Assembly: GCA_964016885.1 (NCBI GenBank)
Contig: OZ024763.1
Coordinates: forward strand, 930,001-994,000
Length of the DNA: 64,000 nucleotides
Source of the DNA: Eledone cirrhosa
Taxonomy: Eukaryota
Direction: 5' to 3'
Shown here: piece by piece, positions 38,090-48,300 of the stretch
How the letters are laid out: each line of letters begins with the position of its first letter
How positions within the stretch are numbered: the stretch's first letter is position 1
Notes under the pieces: model-generated
What the model was told of the DNA's origin: nothing
The model's input: only the letters and a program-made list of their open reading frames with translations
Database searches by the model: none
Made by a program: the position numbers and the translations under genes

Positions 38090-39359
38090 CGGAAGCACCC
38101 CACAATATATATATATATATACATATACACACACACGCACGAAAAGTACATTTTGAAATATACACGCCAAAGCTACAAGCATATGCATAAGCTAAATATA
38201 TACACACAAGCTTCTAATTAAATGTATATATACACGCACAAATATTTATAGGTCTACACACACATTATATATATATATATGAGCAGCATAACATTTTGAA
38301 AAATTCTACGCCAAATTTATCAGCATTTACACACGATAGACATACAAGCTTATTATAGAAATATATTTGAATATATATACACATATACACCAAGCACTCA
38401 AATGTATAAGTGCATATATTGTATAAGTGTATATAACATATATACACATACGCATATATTTGTACAAAAACACACGCACATATGTACAAATATACACACG
38501 CACGTAAATGTACATACATACACGCATACATAAATATGCATACATACACGCACACATAAATGTGCATATATATACACGTACACACAAATGTGCATACATA
38601 CACCCACACAAATGTGCATACATACACGCACATGTGTATAAAAACGCATACACATATTTATGTGTGTGCAAACATACACGCATAAATACATATAATAATT
38701 ACACGCAAATATATATATATATCATTAGAGAGGTGAATCAACACACACACGCATATATATATATACACACACACACAGAGATACAAACGTACGCACATAT
38801 AGAAGTCCTCAAGCTACCATACACACAGACAAATATATATATATATATAGACACACACACATCGTGTATAATTTAGAAATGGCTTCTACAGGACTAGAAC
38901 TGTTTCATTCAAATGAAACAGTTCTAGTCCTATAGAAACCATTTCTATATTAAATTTTGTTGTATACACTCTAATGTATTGAGTACCTTCCTAACTATGT
39001 TTACCCCCGATTGAACCCGGGACACACACACACATATATATACATACATACAAACCTACTGGCACACACATATATCTGTTTACACAGAATTAGCTAGTTA
39101 TACAAACATACATATACATGTTACATGTTAAGTAGACATTTTACAAACCATATAAACATAAATATCCACACAATACAACTATATGCACAAACAATTAAAT
39201 TACATAAAATACTTTTTGGCAATAATTAGGGGAATTAGGGGCCGAAAAACTAGACAAACATGCATAAGAGTCACAAACTTAATTAGTAAAAAAGAAAAAA
39301 AAAAATGTGTAACGTTTGTACGTCACGTACTCAAATCAAACTGAACACGCACCTAGTAC

Positions 39360-39415
<56 letters not shown>

Positions 39416-39616
39416 CATATAACAATTATAATTTTTATACCATGTATACAACGTATATATATATGTATATATATATACATATGTTTATATTTCGTATTTT
39501 TAATTTGTTTTGCGAGATTTCTTATCTGAAAACGTCTGTTGAAACAGATTTTGTTATACTTTAAGAGGGTCATGCTTGACAGGTGCGTGTGTTTTTGTTG
39601 GCAGCATGGCCCTCCC

Positions 39617-39673
<57 letters not shown>

Positions 39674-40064
39674 ATGTATGTGTGCATACTTATATATTTA
39701 TATACATGTAGTTTTATATTCTTATGTACATAAACACACATGTTTATATATACAAGTACTCAACGTATATGTGTATATATATACATACACACACATATAC
39801 ATATATATATATACATACACACACATATACATATATATATAAATATACATACACACACATATACATACATGGTAAATATGAATAACATGCCGATGCATAG
39901 AGATCGCACAAATATATATATATATATATAGATATGTATGCATGTAAAACTTGTAATCGTTACATAAATTCATGCACAGATATACATGTGTAAAGGATTA
40001 TATATATTATATATCTATTATATATATATATTATATATCTATTATATATATATATATATATTTG

Positions 40065-40096
<32 letters not shown>

Positions 40097-40687
40097 TTTG
40101 CTGTCGAAACGACAAGAGCTCAGCCATCGGGCATCTGACTCACTAATATATATATATGTGTAATATATATAGTCGACAATTCATCTAAGACTCTCTTGAC
40201 AAATGAGCTTGACGATAGCAAAGTAACATTTAAAGATGCATCAACATTTTGTGTGTGCGTATATATATAATATATATATATATTATATATATATATATAT
40301 TGGTCTGCAAACGGGAGAAACAAAATTTAATACATGGGTAGTGATGGATAATTTATTTTATCGTTGCGAAGTAAAACTGCAAATAACTAGAATCGAATGC
40401 TTAATTGCACGTTAAATATATATACATATATATATGTGTATATATATATATATATATACAGGCTGTCCCCCCAAAAATGTATACACACTTCAACAACAAC
40501 AAAAATGCATTAAAATAAATTATTTTAGATGCATTGTTTAAATTATGTAAACATTTTTGGGGTGTTTACATAGAATTAAATTAAGTCTGTAGATATTTTA
40601 TTTTTGGGAAAGGCTGTGTATTCTAATAAATATTGCTTGTACAGGTAATCAAAAGCGTGTATACATTTTTGGGGCACCTTGTATGTA

Positions 40688-40739
<52 letters not shown>

Positions 40740-41370
40740 CACACACATATATAGAATCCGTCGTGTTAAGATCACAGGAGACGTCCGTTGGTGAAAATGA
40801 TAATTTTGTTCTTAAATTTTATAAACATTAAAGTAATTTTTATTAGCATCTTTGAAAATGTTTCTCTGCAAAATATGGTTTATTTAGCAAATGATAGGAA
40901 AGGAAGTCAAAGTGAGGAGATATTAACATGTACACACACACGTATATATATATATATTCATATGTGTGTATGTATATATATATATATATATACATGTGTG
41001 TATGTATATATATATATATACATGTGTGTATGTATATATATATATATATACATGTGTGTGTGTATGTATATATATATATACATGTGTGTGTATGTATATA
41101 TATATATATACATGTGTGTATGTATATATATATACATATGTGTGTGTATGTATGTATATACATGTGTGTATGTATATATACATGTGTGTGTATGTATATA
41201 TATATACATGTGTGTATGTATATATATACATGTGTGTGTATATATATATTTATAGGTGAGATGTTAGTATTGCTATGAAAACGGTAAAAGCTTGACCGTA
41301 GGGCTGAGAATCCTTATAATTCTGATACATATATGGACAGAGGAGTATACACATAAGTGTGCACATATAA

Positions 41371-41402
<32 letters not shown>

Positions 41403-41503
41403 ATGTATGTATGTATGTATAAAGTGTTCAATAAGGTAGAGATACCGGGATGAAAAATAAGGGGTAGTACTCGATACATATTTGAGGTACAGAGTTAGTT
41501 AGC

Positions 41504-41557
<54 letters not shown>

Positions 41558-41890
41558 TGCATGCATGTATGTATAAATATGTACTGATGGTGTCGGTAGT
41601 GTATATATATGTATCTGTCGGTTGGAGGTGTTTGATTTGCATGTAAAGAGCTGCTGTGCTGCTGATAGTAAAAAGAGAAGTTAAGCAAAACATCAAACAG
41701 GCCCTGAATGATGGCCGTCGTTCAGCACTTGAGCCCTTATTCTTCTTACCTTATAAAATATATCAAACTGCACACTCTCAGTGAGGTTCTGAATGTCCTT
41801 CCTAAATACACTATAATTAGCCACAGTAGCTGATATGGCTGTGTTATACAAAGAGTCAGGAGCCCACTGTAATACACAAGCCGACGCCAT
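17987..41890 (-). CDS. APPBP2: Amyloid protein-binding protein 2 (PAT1; TPR-repeat CRL2 substrate receptor), complete, 577 aa
   Basis: 14 GT-AG exons, total 1734 nt in frame: 41750-41890, 35926-36014, 33895-34046, 32881-33004, 32037-32205, 31379-31435, 30831-30863, 29839-29906, 28568-28673, 27403-27527, 26570-26655, 25283-25473, 22500-22665, 17987-18213. Peptides include [82 protein letters not shown] and [12 protein letters not shown]. Confidence 0.96.
19545..20380. mobile_element. TTAA element family B fragments with a 48-bp tandem amplification (~8-9x, 19785-20195) of the terminus
   Basis: unit catagacagtgtctttcattagaaatatggtaatgaaagggttaaaga; family core gttatgttccaaacaccaacttaataatgagaaagttag recurs at ~5070-5340, 12900-13090, 14120-14347, 27630-28180, 61570-61950 and 62165-62240. 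Confidence 0.7.
21337..21885 (+). repeat. 42/45-bp minisatellite (~13 copies), probably derived from a SINE 5' head
   Basis: caacataggtgtaggtatggctgtg(tgg)ttaaggggttcacttca; ttcacttcacaac also occurs in the SINE at 15918-16040 (-). Confidence 0.85.
21899..22186. mobile_element. hAT-type MITE inserted into a SINE tail
   Basis: TIRs CAGTCATGGGCAACCT / AGGTTGCCCATGCTG; diverged 8-bp TSD atctaatg / gtttaatg (neighbouring host copies read gtctaatg). Confidence 0.75.
22500..22665 (-). CDS. APPBP2: APPBP2 exon 13 ([27 protein letters not shown]...RSIEI)
   Basis: tag|...|gtaag, 166 nt. Confidence 0.92.
22864..23052. repeat. inverted repeat (38-bp arms) between (TA)n tracts
   Basis: aatagaaaacgaaaatccgtgatgcatctgaactcaat / attgagttcagatgcatcactgattttcgttttctatt. 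Confidence 0.85.
23163..23269. repeat. perfect hairpin, 50-bp arms, 7-nt loop, adjacent to (TA)n
   Basis: taaaatacaatatg...gtgtgcc atcaata ggcacac...catattgtatttta. Confidence 0.9.
23759..24020 (+). mobile_element. second tRNA-headed SINE family (also 37217-37345 and 50490-50630)
   Basis: TGGCCTAGTGC A-box, GGTTCGATTCC B-box, cttgagcaagacactt-type core. Confidence 0.75.
24338..25248 (+). mobile_element. CR1 LINE 3' end with a 60/61-bp segment amplified ~12x
   Basis: unit = reverse complement of ~417-478 ([21 protein letters not shown]), followed by the CR1 3'UTR and tail. Confidence 0.88.
25283..25473 (-). CDS. APPBP2: APPBP2 exon 12 (LILEEIAID...YQSMQDFQ)
   Basis: cag|...|gtatg, 191 nt. 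Confidence 0.92.
26570..26655 (-). CDS. APPBP2: APPBP2 exon 11 ([28 protein letters not shown])
   Basis: tag|...|gtgat, 86 nt. Confidence 0.9.
26893..27220. repeat. 48-bp tandem repeat inside an RTE-tailed SINE
   Basis: gcacccagtccacactgtaaagtggtcatgtaggtgtcatgacaaaaa x6-7. Confidence 0.85.
27403..27527 (-). CDS. APPBP2: APPBP2 exon 10 ([26 protein letters not shown]...)
   Basis: cag|...|gtaag, 125 nt. Confidence 0.92.
28568..28673 (-). CDS. APPBP2: APPBP2 exon 9 ([14 protein letters not shown]...KVYQ)
   Basis: cag|...|gtatt, 106 nt. Confidence 0.92.
29080..29712 (+). mobile_element. RTE-tailed SINE-like element with a ~118-bp internal segment repeated ~4x
   Basis: ggtgttaggaagggcatccagctgtagaaa core; cccatgcaagcgtggaa..gacg..(GAT)n tail; relatives at 9812-10340, 20778-21110, 33599-33825, 50196-50490, 56108-56510 and 57790-58060. 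Confidence 0.75.
29839..29906 (-). CDS. APPBP2: APPBP2 exon 8 ([22 protein letters not shown])
   Basis: cag|...|gtaaat, 68 nt. Confidence 0.9.
30304..30792 (-). mobile_element. TTAA element family A, single-unit copy, interrupted in its terminal repeat by a hAT MITE
   Basis: ttaa|ccctttatca[hAT]ctttaccatttacattac...ccggtttaaatg. Confidence 0.8.
30314..30586. mobile_element. hAT-type MITE
   Basis: TIRs CAGGGGTCCCCAACC / GGTTGGGGAGCCCTG; 8-bp TSD ctttatca (30306-30313) / ctttacca (30587-30594); subterminal GGCCC motifs. Confidence 0.85.
30831..30863 (-). CDS. APPBP2: APPBP2 exon 7, 33-nt microexon ([11 protein letters not shown])
   Basis: cag|...|gtaaat; supplies the conserved DVLRQxxK segment. 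Confidence 0.85.
31379..31435 (-). CDS. APPBP2: APPBP2 exon 6 ([19 protein letters not shown])
   Basis: cag|...|gtaag, 57 nt. Confidence 0.85.
31620..31950. repeat. (GT)-derived minisatellite gtgtgtctgtgagacaagag
   Basis: direct reading. Confidence 0.8.
32037..32205 (-). CDS. APPBP2: APPBP2 exon 5 ([11 protein letters not shown]...SQYDQ)
   Basis: cag|...|gtaag, 169 nt. Confidence 0.92.
32250..32580 (-). mobile_element. TTAA element family A, 3 units
   Basis: TTAA|CCCTTTACATT ... TAAATGCTAAAGGG|TTAA. Confidence 0.87.
32881..33004 (-). CDS. APPBP2: APPBP2 exon 4 ([16 protein letters not shown]...ECNV)
   Basis: cag|...|gtgag, 124 nt. Confidence 0.9.
33456..33580. repeat. hairpin, ~57-bp arms, adjacent to (TA)n; related sequence at 26186-26282 and 40100-40146
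   Basis: atatgaaaagagtcaggaccccgacggctgagctcc ... ggagctcagccgtcggggtcctgactcttttcatat. Confidence 0.88.
33895..34046 (-). CDS. APPBP2: APPBP2 exon 3 ([14 protein letters not shown]...GTSL)
   Basis: tag|...|gtaag, 152 nt. Confidence 0.92.
34705..35910. repeat. adjacent minisatellites: ~40-bp ggctcaaaacatagatcaaatacatccttg array (34705-35035) and degenerate ccagac arrays (35040-35910)
   Basis: direct reading. Confidence 0.8.
35926..36014 (-). CDS. APPBP2: APPBP2 exon 2 ([11 protein letters not shown]...VLDK)
   Basis: cag|...|gtaag, 89 nt. Confidence 0.88.
36200..36392 (-). mobile_element. tRNA-headed SINE (representative of >12 copies: 11233-11590, 15602-15798, 24040-24185, 28757-28920, 36645-36830, 48140-48830, 51170-51360, 58600-59010, 63435-63655)
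   Basis: A-box-like TGGCAGTATCCG, B-box GAGTTCAAATCC, core gcctttcatccttacggggtcgataaaataaagtaccag, tail tagaaacaa(TTA)n. Confidence 0.8.
37467..37725. repeat. palindrome made of two inverted ~78-bp Tc1/mariner-like mini elements plus (TG)n/(TA)n/(CA)n
   Basis: tacagtgtccccc...ggaacaccctgtgtg / cacacagggtgttcc...ggggacactgta. Confidence 0.85.
38874..38947. repeat. hairpin, ~36-bp arms; same family as 16898-16972
   Basis: tagaaatggcttctacaggactagaactgtttcatt ca aatgaaacagttctagtcctatagaaaccatttcta. Confidence 0.85.
40459..40681. mobile_element. Tc1/mariner-type MITE
   Basis: TA|CAGGCTGTCCCCCCAAAAATGTATACAC ... GTGTATACATTTTTGGGGCACCTTG|TA inside (TA)n. Confidence 0.75.
41750..41890 (-). CDS. 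APPBP2: APPBP2 exon 1 ([20 protein letters not shown]...DIFYK)
   Basis: AAGATGGCG start context; donor gtaag; 141 nt. Confidence 0.92.
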
Positions 41891-41894
41891 CTTG
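41882..41894 (-). promoter_or_regulatory. YY1-like motif overlapping the APPBP2 start codon; ETS-like CCGGAAGT upstream at 42151-42158
   Basis: minus strand CAAGATGGCGTC resembles the YY1 consensus CAAGATGGCGGC; motif match only. Confidence 0.4.
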
Positions 41895-42689
41895 TTCGAT
41901 GATGGGATGAACGGATTTGTTTTTGTTGTTTGTTAATTATTTTTCCTTGCTTCTTTTTTTTTTCCTCTCTACTTGTTCTTATTTCTCGTCTTTTTCCTCT
42001 TCTCTTACTTCTGTCTTTTCCTTATCTTTTCTTTTTCCTTTTTTTATTTGTGTGTGTCAAAATCGCGAAAAAAAAAAAAAAAACACTGAAGAGTTCCACT
42101 TCGTGCAGGCACACAGACCGACTGACTGACTAATGACAGTCGTGACAATTACTTCCGGGTTGTGTCAATTATTATGTTAGAAAAATTATAGAAATGCTTT
42201 AAAATTTTCCATCCATACATACTTACATACATACACACTCAGATATATATAGGAACATATATATACATGTGTGTGTGTGTATACTTTTTTGTGTAATGTA
42301 TGTATGTATGAATGGTTATATAAATGATTAGAAATTGTAATAAACATATATTACATGTGTATGAAATAACACACTCTCTCCCTCTCCCTCTATATATATA
42401 TATAGATCTATATTTATTTATTTATATATATATATTATAAAATATATATAATATTATAATATTTTTTTTTTTCTTTTTTATATATGTATTTATACAATAT
42501 ATATAAATTTTGTATATTGTATAAATATATAATATAAAAAATGTTATATATATATATATATTAAAGTGTTAAACAATATTCAATGATTATGTCATAGAAT
42601 GAGTTTTACAGTAGATTGGAAGCACTCTAAGGAGTAAATAATTTTCCGGAGTTATTAATATTTTAAAAAATATATATATATATAATTTT

Positions 42690-44105
42690 ATGTCTACTTT
42701 TTCATGCTAGCATGGGTTAGCTGTGTGTTTTCCATCACAGTATCCCTCTAAATGTTGCGATACTTCGCCATCTACTCTGAGTTTCAGTGATTTGAGATAA
42801 GCTCTCAACACCTCTGCCCAGGTTTTCCTCTATTGCAGCTTTTTTCCACTGTGATTTCTTGGCACTTCTTCACCCATTGCATATCCATACAAGCACAATA
42901 TTCTCTCCTGCACACATCATCTAATTCCTCTTATACCTAGTCTTTCTCTCAGTTCATAGTGTACTTTGTTGTTCATCCACTAACATTGCAGATCCATCGA
43001 AGCATGCTCACTTCATTTTACTCCAACCTTGACATATCTTCTGCATCCATGACGCATGTCTCACTACTATGCAACATTAAACATCAGTCTACCCCTGCTA
43101 GCATCGAAGAACGGACGTAAAACGGTGATGATGATGATGATGACATAAGCATTATACAGCTAACATGTCATTAAGGAGCAAGATTCCGTTTTCAACAGCA
43201 GTAGTAGCTCCCTGAAATGTTTCCATCCCATTCTTATTCTAGCTACTGTCTTCTCAGAGTACCATCCCTCGCAGTTAATCAGATCACCTAAAATAGCAAA
43301 GCTATCAACTACTTCTATGGATCATTCCTGGGATTAGAAAAGGTTTATATCACTGATGTTCTTACTACCAACCATCTCTGTACATCTGCTATATACAAAG
43401 TCTTCCCTTCTTTTTTGTCTGCCTGTTATCCCACTACACCTCTTGTATACCCAAGATTTACATTGTATAGAGTTTCTGCCTACTTCGTTTCTACACATTG
43501 AGCATAGCTACTTCACTGATGAAATCAGGGTTTTCTTTGCTTTCCCTTTTATTAAAATCTAGTTTTTGCCAAGTTTACCCTCAGCCTTTTTAATTCTAAG
43601 TTTTGTTTCAACAACTAAAATTTATTCTTTTGTTCTTCCACAGATTCAGCTATAAAAACCAGATCATCAGCATACAGAAGTTCCTGTGGGCAGCCAGTTT
43701 TAACCCTTTAGCATTTAAACCGGCTGTATCTGACCAGAATTCTCTCACCTCTTTCTGTTCAAACCGGCTGCTTATAATAATGTTAAGTATTGTTCTCAAA
43801 ATAAATATCAAAATCTCATAGATTCAATATTATGTGAGATAAAGTGTTTACCGTGAAAATAAAATAGTAAATATAAAGTAATGTAAATGCTAAAGGATTA
43901 AACTCCTCAGTTATGGCCTGGAGAACTATAAATAACAGAATATGGGATAATGACTGAACCCTGGTGTACACCTACCTACACATTGAATTCCTCACTAAAC
44001 TCACTTCTTACTCTCACTTTACAAACAGCTCCTGCTTACACTGCTCTCACAAACCATTCTTCTACGCCTAGTTTCTCTAAGAACCACCAGATGGCAGAAT
44101 GTGGT
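42690..44105 (-). mobile_element. decayed RTE-clade LINE RT fragment
   Basis: minus-strand remnants VGVHQGS, LLYADDL and ..R.GW..F.EL; multiple stops and frameshifts. Shorter RTE 3' ends ([15 protein letters not shown]) at 18620-18890, 25530-25665, 25846-26100, 34130-34413 and 57300-57470. Confidence 0.75.
43704..43897 (+). mobile_element. TTAA element family A, minimal one-unit copy (~194 bp) inserted in an RTE RT remnant
   Basis: TTAA|CCCTTTAGCATTTA ... TAAATGCTAAAGGA|TTAA; removing it plus one TTAA restores the RT reading AITEEFKTGCPQELLYADDL on the minus strand. Confidence 0.9.
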
Positions 44106-44419
44106 ACTATATAAACACTTTAAAACAGTCTATACCATAGATTGATTTCTGGTAGGTTGCTATCAAAATAACCATAATTTTTTTGCAAATCTGAAATAAA
44201 ATTACTCAAAAATGAAGAAAAGATGAGATAGAATGTAAGGTATTTTTATTTTATTTTTTTCCCCGTTTCAAATGAATGTACAAGATGCATGATGACCAGA
44301 TTCCCTGATGAAGATTTTTATAAAATAAAAAGGGAGGGGGACACCATTTTTATATACTTTTCTTCTTTCTTCTCAATATTCTCCATTCTTGGATCTCTCA
44401 CCAAACACTTATTATTTAA

Positions 44420-45099
44420 CTCTTAACATCCCGTAATGATTTAGCAGAAAATATCAAGAAACAAGCTTGTTAATTCAAATATTTATAGTGGACAGATTGT
44501 TGTGGAAATTTGCAGTATTGAAGAAAAGACTTTAATCACTGATGTGATGCAGTCATAGTGTTGTTTTATACTTTTTAACAATGACTTTCTAATGTATGTT
44601 AATTCAAATGTTTATAGTGGACAGATTGTTGTGGAAATTTGCAGTATTGAAGTAAAGACTTTAATCACTGATGTGATGCAGTCATAGTGTTGTTTTATAC
44701 TTTTTAACAATGTATGTTAATTCAAATGTTTATAATAGATTTACTAGTGGACAGATTGTTGTAGACATTTGCAGTATTGAAGTAAAGACTTTAATCACTA
44801 ATGTGATGTAGTCTTAGTGTTGTTTTGTACTTTTCAAGAACGTCTTGCTAATGTGGCTTCATGTGGTTTATTACATTAAATGAATATAGTATCTTTACTA
44901 GTGGACAGATTGTTGTGAAAATTTTCAGCCAATCACAGTAAAGACTTATTTCATGTGACACAGTCATAATACTGTTTTGTATTTTTCAAGAATGTTTTGT
45001 TAATTCAAATATTTATCGTATATTTAATGTGATACAGTCCCTACACTGCTTTGTATATTTTCAAGAATGTCTTGCTAATGCAGTACATGATGTTAAGAG
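44420..45099. mobile_element. TTAA element family C with diverged internal ~130-bp tandem repeats, in the presumed SF3B4 3'UTR
   Basis: TTAA|CTCTTAACATC ... GATGTTAAGAG|TTTTAA inverted ends; repeated gtggacagattgttgtggaaattt; fragments also at 12600-12680, 54277-54390 and around 7660-7712/9520-9610. Confidence 0.7.
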
Positions 45100-45230
45100 T
45101 TTTAAAAAATTGTCTTTTCAGCAATAAAAAAATTATATATTTTCTTAAAAAACCCTTAGAGCTGTCCAATGTGGACATCAGTCCATTTTGCTCCTGGGTT
45201 CCTTGTGGGTTTCTTTTCTCTGACAGCACC

Positions 45231-45388
45231 TCAGTATCTTTGGTTGTTAGGCCGCACATTTCCTGGAGGGGGAGGCCTCACGCCACGTGGTGGCGGTGGT
45301 GGACCTCGTGGGCCCATCCCAGGCTGTCCCCTTGGTGGGGGCATTGAAGGGCCACGCTGCTGGGGTGGTGGTGGTGGCGGAGGTCGAC
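45231..45388 (-). CDS. SF3B4: SF3B4 last coding exon ([12 protein letters not shown]...NNQRY*)
   Basis: aag acceptor after a pyrimidine tract; TGA at 45231-45233. Confidence 0.85.
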
Positions 45389-48300
45389 CTTTTAAAAGAA
45401 GAAAAAAGAGCGAGATAAAAATAATTCGATGAAAACGAATGAAAATTCAAGTTTCCTCATCAAACAAGCTCGTCACTCAAGATGTGGTCTTCAATTAGTG
45501 AGCATTTTAACCCTTCAGCATTTACATTACTCTATATATACTATTGTATTTTTACAGTAAAGGCTTTACCTCACATAATATTTACATAACTCTATATATA
45601 CTATTGTATTTTCGCAGTAAAGGCTTTACCTCACATAATATTTACATAACTCTATATATACTATTGTATTTTCGCAGTAAAGGCTTTACCTCACATAATA
45701 TTTACATAACTCTATATATACTATTGTATTTTCGCAGTAAAGGCTTTACCTCACATAATATTTACATAACTCTATATATACTATTGTATTTTCGCAGTAA
45801 AGGCTTTACCTCACATAATATTTACATAACTCTATATATACTATTGTATTTTCGCAGTAAAGGCTTTACCTCACATAATATTTACATAACTCTATATATA
45901 CTATTGTATTTTCGCAGTAAAGGCTTTACCTCACATAATATTTACATAACTCTATATATACTATTGTATTTTCGCAGTAAAGGCTTTACCTCACATAATA
46001 TTTACATAACTCTATATATACTATTGTATTTTCGCAGTAAAGGCTTTACCTCACATAATATTTACATAACTCTATATATACTATTGTATTTTCGCAGTAA
46101 AGGCTTTACCTCACATAATATTTACATTACTCTATATATACTATTGTATTTTCGCAGTAAAGGCTTTACCTCACATAACATTTACATAACTCTATATATA
46201 CTATTGTATTTTCGCAGTAAAGGCTTTACCTCACATAATATTTACATTACTCTATATATACTATTGTATTTTCACAGTAAAGCCTTTACCTCACATAATA
46301 TTTACATTACTCTATATATACTATTGTATTTTCACAGTAAAGCCTTTACCTCACATAATATTTACATTACTCTATATATACTATTGTATTTTCACAGTAA
46401 AGCCTTTACCTCACATAATATTTACATTACTCTATATATACTATTGTATTTTCACAGTAAAGCCTTTACCTCACATAATATTTACATTACTCTATATATA
46501 CTATTGTATTTTCACAGTAAAGCCTTTACCTCACATAATATTTACATTACTCTATATATACTATTGTATTTTCACAGTAAAGCCTTTACCTCACATAATA
46601 TTTACATTACTCTATATATACTATTGTATTTTCACAGTAAAGCCTTTACCTCACATAATATTTACATTACTCTATATATACTATTGTATTTTCACAGTAA
46701 AGCCTTTACCTCACATAATATTTACATTACTCTATATATACTATTGTATTTTCACAGTAAAGCCTTTACCTCACATAATATTTACATTACTCTATATATA
46801 CTATTGTATTTTCACAGTAAAGCCTTTACCTCACATAATATTTACATTACTCTATATATACTATTGTATATTCACAGTAAAAGCTTTACCTCACATAATA
46901 TCTCGCATAACATTTACATTACTCTATATATACTATTGTATTTTCACAGTAAAGGCTTTACCTCACATAATATCTCGCATAACATTTACATTACTCTATA
47001 TATACTATTGTATTTTCACAGTAAAGCCTTTACCTCACATAATATTTACATTACTCTATATATACTATTGTATTTTCACAGTAAAAGCTTTACCTCACAT
47101 AATATCTCGCATAACATTTACATTACTCTATATATACTATTGTATTTTCACAGTAAAAGCTTTACCTCACATAATATCTCGCATAACATTTACATTACTC
47201 TATATATACTATTGTATTTTCACAGTAAAGCCTTTACCTCACATAATATTTACATTACTCTATATATATTATTGTATTTTCACAGTAAAAGCTTTACCTC
47301 ACATAATATCTCGCATAACATTTACATTACTCTATATATACTATTGTATTTTCACAGTAAAAGCTTTACCTCACATAATATCTCGCATAACATTTACATT
47401 ACTCTATATATACTATTGTATTTTCACAGTAAAAGCTTTACCTCACATAATATCTCGCATAACATTTACATTACTCTATATATACTATTGTATTTTCACA
47501 GTAAAGCCTTTACCTCACATAATATCTCACATAACATTTACATTACTCTATATATACTATTGTATTTTCACAGTAAAAGCTTTACCTCACATGATATCGA
47601 ATCTATAAGATTTTGATATTATTTATTTTGAGAACAATATCTTACCAGTATGAGCAGCCAGTTTGAACAGAAAAAAGTGAGAGAATTCTGGCTGGATATG
47701 GAAGGTTTTAATGCTAAAGGGTTAAAGTAGTGTTAATATTTTACATCCGAAAACACACACACACGCACATCAGATGAAAAAAAAAAAGAACTCACAGACA
47801 CGTCAAGCAGAAAATAAAGCTACACACAAGAAAGAAAAAAAGTCAAAAACTTGCGTACCAAAAGGTGGTGGTCCACGGGGTGGACTTGGTCCTCTCCAGC
47901 CAGGTGGTGGAGGTGGTGGTCTCATTCCTGGTGGTGGTGGTGGAGGCATGCCTGGTGGCATAGGCCCCGGGGGTGGAGGGGCAATGTTTGAAGGGGGTCC
48001 AGGAGGCCCTGCATTAGCTGCAAACAAACAAAAACATGTTGAAGAACATTGAAATAAACCCACCCCCGCCAAAAAAAAAAAAAAATACATTTTTATTTTC
48101 CAAAAACCACATCATCATCATCATCACCACCACTGTAACAAGGATTTCTTATATAGGCACAAGACAAGTAATTTTGGGGGAGGGGAAAGTCGATTAAATC
48201 GACCCCAGTGGGTTACTGGTACTTTATTTTATCGACCCCGTAAGGATGAAAGGCAAAGTTAACCTCGGCGGGATTTGAACTCAGACCGTAAAGCATAGCG

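Noticed and set aside
45544-47616. 690-aa ORF (and the 565/523-aa ORFs at 7789-9566) of repeated [20 protein letters not shown]
   Set aside because: Translation of 60/72-bp satellite units whose lengths are multiples of three; non-ATG starts, intronic, antisense to the host genes, and broken where units are 70 bp (54660-55810).
47774-48052. Gly-rich plus-strand ORFs (also 45169-45432 and 50760-50945)
   Set aside because: Antisense shadows of SF3B4 proline-rich exons.
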